This document shows, in pieces, positions 24,809 to 29,333 of a DNA stretch of 29,333 bases. The notes beneath the pieces were generated by a model. The model saw nothing but the letters and a program-made list of their open reading frames with translations. It searched no databases and was not told the DNA's origin. Location of the stretch: positions 1-29,333 of the forward strand of contig JAQVDW010000023.1 in assembly GCA_028698185.1 (NCBI GenBank), read 5' to 3'. A program made the position numbers and the translations under genes. The DNA is from Erysipelotrichaceae bacterium (GTDB taxonomy: Bacteria > Bacillota_I > Bacilli_A > Erysipelotrichales > Coprobacillaceae). Every line of letters starts with the position of its first letter. Positions within the stretch are counted from its first letter, which is position 1.

Positions 24809-25270
24809 ATGATTCGTATATATACAGCGCCTAGCTGCGCAAGTTGCAGAAAAGTTAAAGCATGGTTAAAAGAACATAATATTCCCTATGTTGAAAAAAA
24901 TATCTTCTCGACAATCCTTCGGGAAGGTGAGTTGCGCGAGTTATTGGAACGTTCGGAAAATGGGACGGATGACATAATTTCGAAACGCTCGAAAATAATC
25001 AAGGAAAATGATATCGATGTGGAAACAATGTCCCTGAATGAACTGATCAAGTTCATCCAGGAAAATCCTTCGGTCCTCAAACGGCCGATCATGATTGACG
25101 AGCGCCGCTTCCAGGTTGGTTACAACTCTGAGGAAATCCGCGTCTTCATTCCCCGTGAATTGCGCCAGTTGGCCCAATGCAAGATTCCGGCTGAGGAGTG
25201 TCCTCATTTCAATCCTGGCAAAAGATGGGAAAACCTCAAAAAAGAATATCAGGAGAGCAACGCCCAATAG
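24809..25270 (+). CDS. spx: Spx/ArsC-family redox-sensing transcriptional regulator
   Basis: MIRIYTAPSCASCRKVKAWLKEHNIPYVEKNIFS with a CxxC motif, plus RPIMIDERRFQVGYN. RBS is AAGGAGGG. It is about 20 aa longer than typical Spx. Confidence 0.88.
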   Translation: MIRIYTAPSCASCRKVKAWLKEHNIPYVEKNIFSTILREGELRELLERSENGTDDIISKRSKIIKENDIDVETMSLNELIKFIQENPSVLKRPIMIDERRFQVGYNSEEIRVFIPRELRQLAQCKIPAEECPHFNPGKRWENLKKEYQESNAQ

Positions 25271-25292
25271 ACGACCTTACGGTCGTCTTTTT
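25269..25292 (+). terminator. intrinsic terminator after spx, embedded in the 3' end of the convergent rluD-like gene
   Basis: AGACGACC, loop TTAC, GGTCGTCT, followed by T4-5. Confidence 0.65.
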
Positions 25293-26101
25293 CGTTTTTC
25301 CAATTTTTCGATGGTGACAAGCTTGCCGTCATAGGGGTTGATGAACTCGATTCGCACTGAGCGCAAGTACATCTTCCCAATCCCAGGGTTGTACAGCTCA
25401 TCACTGACAAGGGGATGGCCGATCGCTTTGAGGTGGACCCGGATCTGGTGGGTCCGGCCCGTATCCAGGATGCATTGGACAATCGTATTGGCGCCATCTT
25501 CTTGGAGTGGTTTGACGTGGGTTATGGCGTGTTTGCCCTGGCTATTGACAGTTCTTATCATGGAGTTGCCATCATCGTAGATTGGCAAGTCGATTGTCTG
25601 CTTTTCGCGCAGATGGCCGGAAACAAGTGCTTGATAGACCCTTTTGACCTGTTTGATGTCCTGGCTTAACAGGTAATGGGAATAGCGGTCCTTGGCTACC
25701 AGAAGAAGCCCCTGGGTCTGGCGGTCGAGCCGGTTGACAAAGTGGACTGTGGCTGTGATGTTTTTTTTCAGGTAGTAAGCCACTATTCCGTTGGCCAAGG
25801 AATTCTCATAATGGCTTTTTGTGGGAATGCAGGCCAGGCCGGCCGGTTTGTCGATGATCAGGTAGTGGTCATCCTCGAACACGACATCCAGGTCCATTTC
25901 TGTGGGGGGGATGTCGCATTTTTCTTCGGGCATGATTATTTCCAGCCTGTCTCCTGGGCGAAGCTGGCAGCGGACGGTTACCGGGTTGCCGTTGACCAGG
26001 ATCTTGCCCTGGGACTTGATTGCTTTTACGAGTTTGCGCGACAGTCCGATTTCCATCAGGTAATCGCGCAGCAGCGAAGACTTGGTCAGAGTGAATATCA
26101 T
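25277..26101 (-). CDS. RluA-family 23S rRNA pseudouridine synthase (RluD/YjbO-like) with N-terminal S4 domain
   Basis: Catalytic-Asp motif RLDRQTQGLLLVAKD, plus GRTHQIRVH. The start overlaps the nadK stop (ATGA). Confidence 0.88.
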   Translation of the reverse strand: MIFTLTKSSLLRDYLMEIGLSRKLVKAIKSQGKILVNGNPVTVRCQLRPGDRLEIIMPEEKCDIPPTEMDLDVVFEDDHYLIIDKPAGLACIPTKSHYENSLANGIVAYYLKKNITATVHFVNRLDRQTQGLLLVAKDRYSHYLLSQDIKQVKRVYQALVSGHLREKQTIDLPIYDDGNSMIRTVNSQGKHAITHVKPLQEDGANTIVQCILDTGRTHQIRVHLKAIGHPLVSDELYNPGIGKMYLRSVRIEFINPYDGKLVTIEKLEKRKRRP

Positions 26102-26880
26102 GAATGGATAAAGGCCCGGGCGATCCGCTTGATAAAAGAGCGTTCCCGGTATTCGATGAATCTGACATGGCGCTTGGAAACGCGGACCTTCACTTCAACG
26201 ACATCGTCAATTACGTGGAAGATGTGATCCATTCCAAGATATAGGGGGTTGAAATTCTTGGAAATCAGCGATATTTCGTTCGATGAATCGAGGATCAAAG
26301 GAGAACCAAGCGAGTGATAGGCATTATGGGAGATGGCTGCGACTTCGGTGAGCTGCATGACCTGGATTCCCGGATAGATTACGGCTCCGCCAAGAGATTT
26401 GTTGTAGGCGGTGGATCCGCTGTTTGTCGACACGCAGATGCCGTTGCCCCGGAACACTTCCAGGAAGTCGCCGTTGATGGAGATGTTCACGGCCTGGGAA
26501 TAGAAACCGTGGTCGGTCCGCATCTCATTGAGGGCGTAGAAAATCTCGCTGCCCTTATTTGTGACGACTTCGACCTCGAGGAGGTGGCGGCGGTTGATCG
26601 CCCCTTCGCCATTGATTATGTCCTCGATAAGCATATCGACTTCATTGACCCGGTAGTCGGTGAAAAAGCCCAGGGTGCCGGTATGGACGCCCACAAAACT
26701 GCATTGGCAATCAAGGTATTTGTGGACGGCATCCAGGATGGTCCCGTCGCCCCCAACGGAGATGACCAGATCTGGGTTCACGTCGTCGCGCCGGAAATGC
26801 CCCTTCAATTTGTTGTCGATGTCGTCTGCGACCTGATGCGACAATTCGTCGCCGCGAATCACGATTGTGTATTTTTCCAT
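26098..26880 (-). CDS. nadK: NAD kinase
   Basis: GGDGT motif (SVGGDGTILDA), STNSGSTAYNKSLGG, 260 aa, RBS AAGGAG. Confidence 0.9.
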   Translation of the reverse strand: MEKYTIVIRGDELSHQVADDIDNKLKGHFRRDDVNPDLVISVGGDGTILDAVHKYLDCQCSFVGVHTGTLGFFTDYRVNEVDMLIEDIINGEGAINRRHLLEVEVVTNKGSEIFYALNEMRTDHGFYSQAVNISINGDFLEVFRGNGICVSTNSGSTAYNKSLGGAVIYPGIQVMQLTEVAAISHNAYHSLGSPLILDSSNEISLISKNFNPLYLGMDHIFHVIDDVVEVKVRVSKRHVRFIEYRERSFIKRIARAFIHS

Positions 26881-26938
26881 GATATATCTCCTTTGCCACT
26901 TCCAATATTATACCCTACTACATTGCAAATCTCAAATG

Positions 26939-26967
26939 TTGTAATCTTCAAACTTATAACGTATAAT
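26939..26967 (+). promoter_or_regulatory. putative sigma-A promoter of the CYTH gene
   Basis: TTGTAA (26939-26944), 17 nt, TATAAT (26962-26967). The ORF-track ATG at 26966 lies inside the -10 box. Confidence 0.55.
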
Positions 26968-26986
26968 GAAAAAAAGGAGAGATAGA

Positions 26987-27568
26987 GTGCATAATTTAGA
27001 AATTGAGTTCAAACAGCTTTTAAATGAACAACAGTTTTACCAAATTCTTGACGATTACAGCGCTTATCATCAAAAGACATATTATCAGACCAACTACTAT
27101 CTGACCCACCCGATTCTCGAGCAAAAGAAGATGAGTCTTCGCGTTCGCCAGAAGAACGACTACTACGAATTGACATTGAAGCAGCCCCAAAAAATCGGAT
27201 TGTTGGAGACGAATATAGATATATCCCAAAATCAGTTCAACTGCATAATGCAAGGGGAATTCCTTGATAACGAGATCTTCGAAAATCTTCAGCGGATGGA
27301 CGTCACCTACCTGGAATCGGACCTTTATCTGACCACCAGGCGGTGCGATATAATTTTGCCTGAGGGTTTGCTTTCGATAGATGAAAACGAGTATATGGGA
27401 AAAATTGATTATGAGCTGGAGTTGGAAGTCGATCAATATGATAAGGGTGCCAAGTTTTTCAAGAAACTTCTGGAAAAATATGATATTGAATACCAGGAAA
27501 ACTGCGATTCGAAAATCAAAAGGCTCTTGGACTATGCCAAAGAAAAAAAGGCTGAAGGGAATGACTAA
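26987..27568 (+). CDS. CYTH-domain (triphosphate tunnel metalloenzyme, YjbK-like) protein
   Basis: N-terminal ExExK signature (EIEFK). Length is about 190 aa. GTG at 26987 lies 5-7 nt after AAGGAGAG and is preferred over the ATG at 26966. Confidence 0.8.
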   Translation: MHNLEIEFKQLLNEQQFYQILDDYSAYHQKTYYQTNYYLTHPILEQKKMSLRVRQKNDYYELTLKQPQKIGLLETNIDISQNQFNCIMQGEFLDNEIFENLQRMDVTYLESDLYLTTRRCDIILPEGLLSIDENEYMGKIDYELELEVDQYDKGAKFFKKLLEKYDIEYQENCDSKIKRLLDYAKEKKAEGND

Positions 27569-27591
27569 GTCAATCCATTCAAGCCTTTTTT
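27543..27591. terminator. bidirectional imperfect hairpin terminator between the CYTH and SEDS genes
   Basis: A-run, AAGGCTGAAGGGAATGAC, loop TAA, GTCAATCCATTCAAGCCTT (about 16 bp with a bulge and mismatches), then T6. It spans both stop codons. Confidence 0.5.
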
Positions 27592-28795
27592 AGTTTATGA
27601 CGTAACGGTTCTTTCCTTCTTTGATGCGGGTCTGTTTTTCGGCTTCGAAGACCATGCCGACAACGACCATGTATGACAGCAATGACGAACCACCATAGGA
27701 AAGCAGCGGCAGGGTGATACCGGTGATTGGCAACAGTCCCAGGATCATCCCGATGTTCCAGAACTGTTGGAAGATAAGCATTCCCATGAATCCGGCAATC
27801 AGGTATTTGTTGCGGGGGTCCTCGCAACGGATTCCTACATAGATGATTGAGAAATCGAGAAAGAGAATCGCCATCAAGGTGGCCACGCCACCTATGAATC
27901 CGAAATCCTGGCAGATTACTGCGAAGATGAAGTCGGTCTGGGCTTCAGGGAAGTTGATGATAACTGACTGGAACCCGTGGCCAAACACGCCCGATGTCCC
28001 ATATGACATCAATGCATTAAGCAACTGGTAACCTTGTTTTTCGTAAGTTCCTTCAGGATCAAGCCAGCCGTAGATCCGGCCCAGCTTGTAGTCGCCACCG
28101 AAAATGTCGACGATGACCTGGTGATGGAAGACGAAAAGGAATGCGACAATGATGATCGCCAGCCCCATCCCGATAAACATCACGGAAAACCAGCGATGGT
28201 TCAAGCCGGCCGAGAAAGCGATCGCCACAATTGATGCAATGATGATCAAAGTGACTCCGGTATCATTCTGAAGCAGGATCAGAGATATCGGCAAGATTGT
28301 GGCTTTGAGAATCTTGTAAATCAAAAACAGGTCATCCTCGAGCATCTTGTTTTTACCGTTGATGTTGTGTTCATAAATCATATCGGCCAGCGTCACCACC
28401 AGGAAGACTTTCATGAACTCTGATGGCTGCAGGGAAAATCCGGGAATCGAGTACCAAGAAGTGGCGCCGTTAAGATGGACGGCCCGGGGAATGATCGACA
28501 TCCCAAACTTTGTGATGGCGATATGTTCAATCGCCAGACCGACCAGAAGGGCGATCAGAAACCAGTAGATGACCCACTTGGCTGAATATATCCGGTCGTT
28601 GCTGTAATTGAAGATGGCGACAATTATAACAAGACCGATGGCATAGAAAAATGCCTGTTTTATAAAATAACCTTCCGGACTGGCGTAGTTGATCAAAGGG
28701 GTGGCTCCCCAGATGGCGATAATCGAGATCGACGCCATGATCAATACCGCCAATACAAACCGGAAGGAAACCAGATGCTTCTCTTTTATGGGCAT
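27590..28795 (-). CDS. SEDS-family peptidoglycan glycosyltransferase (FtsW/RodA/SpoVE)
   Basis: About 10 TM segments. The conserved C-terminal part reads GITLPLLSYGGSSLL. ATG at 28795 lies 5 nt after GGAGG (28801-28805). The ORF-track start at 28810 is a TTG overlapping the RBS. Confidence 0.88.
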   Translation of the reverse strand: MPIKEKHLVSFRFVLAVLIMASISIIAIWGATPLINYASPEGYFIKQAFFYAIGLVIIVAIFNYSNDRIYSAKWVIYWFLIALLVGLAIEHIAITKFGMSIIPRAVHLNGATSWYSIPGFSLQPSEFMKVFLVVTLADMIYEHNINGKNKMLEDDLFLIYKILKATILPISLILLQNDTGVTLIIIASIVAIAFSAGLNHRWFSVMFIGMGLAIIIVAFLFVFHHQVIVDIFGGDYKLGRIYGWLDPEGTYEKQGYQLLNALMSYGTSGVFGHGFQSVIINFPEAQTDFIFAVICQDFGFIGGVATLMAILFLDFSIIYVGIRCEDPRNKYLIAGFMGMLIFQQFWNIGMILGLLPITGITLPLLSYGGSSLLSYMVVVGMVFEAEKQTRIKEGKNRYVIN

Positions 28796-28832
28796 ACTAA
28801 CCTCCGACAAAAATAATAGTTTTTATTGACGT

Positions 28833-28850
28833 ATTATAGTATACTATAAT
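28833..28850. repeat. perfect 18-bp palindrome ATTATAGTATACTATAAT in the divergent promoter region
   Basis: Verified self-complementary by hand. It places a TATAAT hexamer on each strand (28845-28850 on plus, 28838-28833 on minus). Confidence 0.6.
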
Positions 28851-28886
28851 TTGAAATTAAAACAATGTTTAGGAGGTTTTTTTACC

Positions 28887-29231
28887 ATGAATGAATATTT
28901 GCCATATATCCTTGCCGGCCTGGCACTGACAATCGTTGTCGTCTGGTTTATCCTGGCCCGTTACCTGAAAGGGAAAAAAATCCAAACGAGCCGCAAGGTC
29001 AATATCGATGTGGAAAAAATAATAACCGCGCTTGGGGGCAAGGGCAATATCGTTTCTGCCAAAGCGACGAATTCAAGGCTGTCGGTAGTGCTGGAAGATG
29101 ATCAGAAACTTAAAATTGAAGATCTTAAACAACTGGGAGCTTCCGGAATTGTCCAGACAACCAACAAAGTGACAGTCATCCTGGGCCAAGTGTCGCAGCT
29201 GGTGGCTGAAGAAATCGACAACGATCGATAA
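28887..29231 (+). CDS. membrane-anchored PTS EIIB(Glc)-like domain protein lacking the phospho-cysteine
   Basis: One N-terminal TM helix (LPYILAGLALTIVVVWFIL). The EIIB-like core is ALGGKGNIVSAKATNSRLSVVLED...GASGIV, where canonical EIIB has NI....C.TRLR. RBS AGGAGG is upstream, with the ATG at 28887. Confidence 0.65.
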   Translation: MNEYLPYILAGLALTIVVVWFILARYLKGKKIQTSRKVNIDVEKIITALGGKGNIVSAKATNSRLSVVLEDDQKLKIEDLKQLGASGIVQTTNKVTVILGQVSQLVAEEIDNDR

Positions 29232-29333
29232 ATAACACATTTTATAAGCAAAATGATTAATTTTATTAATATTTTCTTGTTAATCTCATCTCATATTCAT
29301 AAATTAGTGTAAAATAAATAACGCTTTTAAGAA

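Noticed and set aside
25676-26985. Plus-strand ORFs of 183 aa (25676-26227) and 223 aa (26314-26985) antisense to rluD-like and nadK.
   Set aside because: These are antisense shadow ORFs of genes with clear catalytic motifs. They have no RBS and no recognisable domains.

Overview
This 29.3-kb window looks like ordinary chromosomal, mostly housekeeping DNA from a low-to-moderate-GC Gram-positive genome (Bacillota-like). That call rests on gene content, strong GGAGG ribosome-binding sites, sigma-A-type promoters and yjb-like synteny; the taxon is inference only. Gene order is as follows. (1) opuAA-opuAB-opuAC glycine-betaine ABC transporter (+). (2) A minus-strand block: SWIM/SNF2 helicase followed by a GntR-HTH/TrkA-C regulator, then further right a hypothetical gene-NfeD-SPFH operon and a cation/H+ antiporter. 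(3) A plus-strand block: CxxC lipoprotein-deoD-HAD hydrolase-alr, panE, a four-gene polar amino-acid ABC transporter, a 598-nt unassigned spacer, and an aminotransferase. (4) A small membrane-anchored protein and a HisC-family aminotransferase (-). (5) An 11-gene tRNA cluster, Val-Thr-Tyr-Gln-Lys-Leu-Gly-Gly-Gly-Asn-Glu, all with encoded CCA, preceded by three tandem promoter-like elements. (6) A UppP/BacA-like membrane protein whose catalytic motifs appear lost. (7) trpS (-), spx (+), nadK-rluD-like (-), a CYTH protein (+), a SEDS FtsW/RodA protein (-), and a membrane-anchored PTS-EIIB-like protein lacking the active-site Cys (+). I saw no transposase, integrase, CRISPR array, toxin-antitoxin pair or recognisable defence island. 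I cannot point to a convincing discrete novel multi-gene system. The best second-look candidates are: (a) the promoter-plus-terminator leader in front of the cation/H+ antiporter; (b) the 598-nt non-AT-rich spacer between the ABC permease and the aminotransferase; (c) the catalytically degenerate UppP-like gene read straight out of the tRNA operon; (d) the SWIM-SNF2/GntR-TrkA-C gene pair; (e) the orphan first gene of the NfeD-SPFH operon. All coordinates for RNA genes, promoters and hairpins were derived by eye and need tool confirmation.
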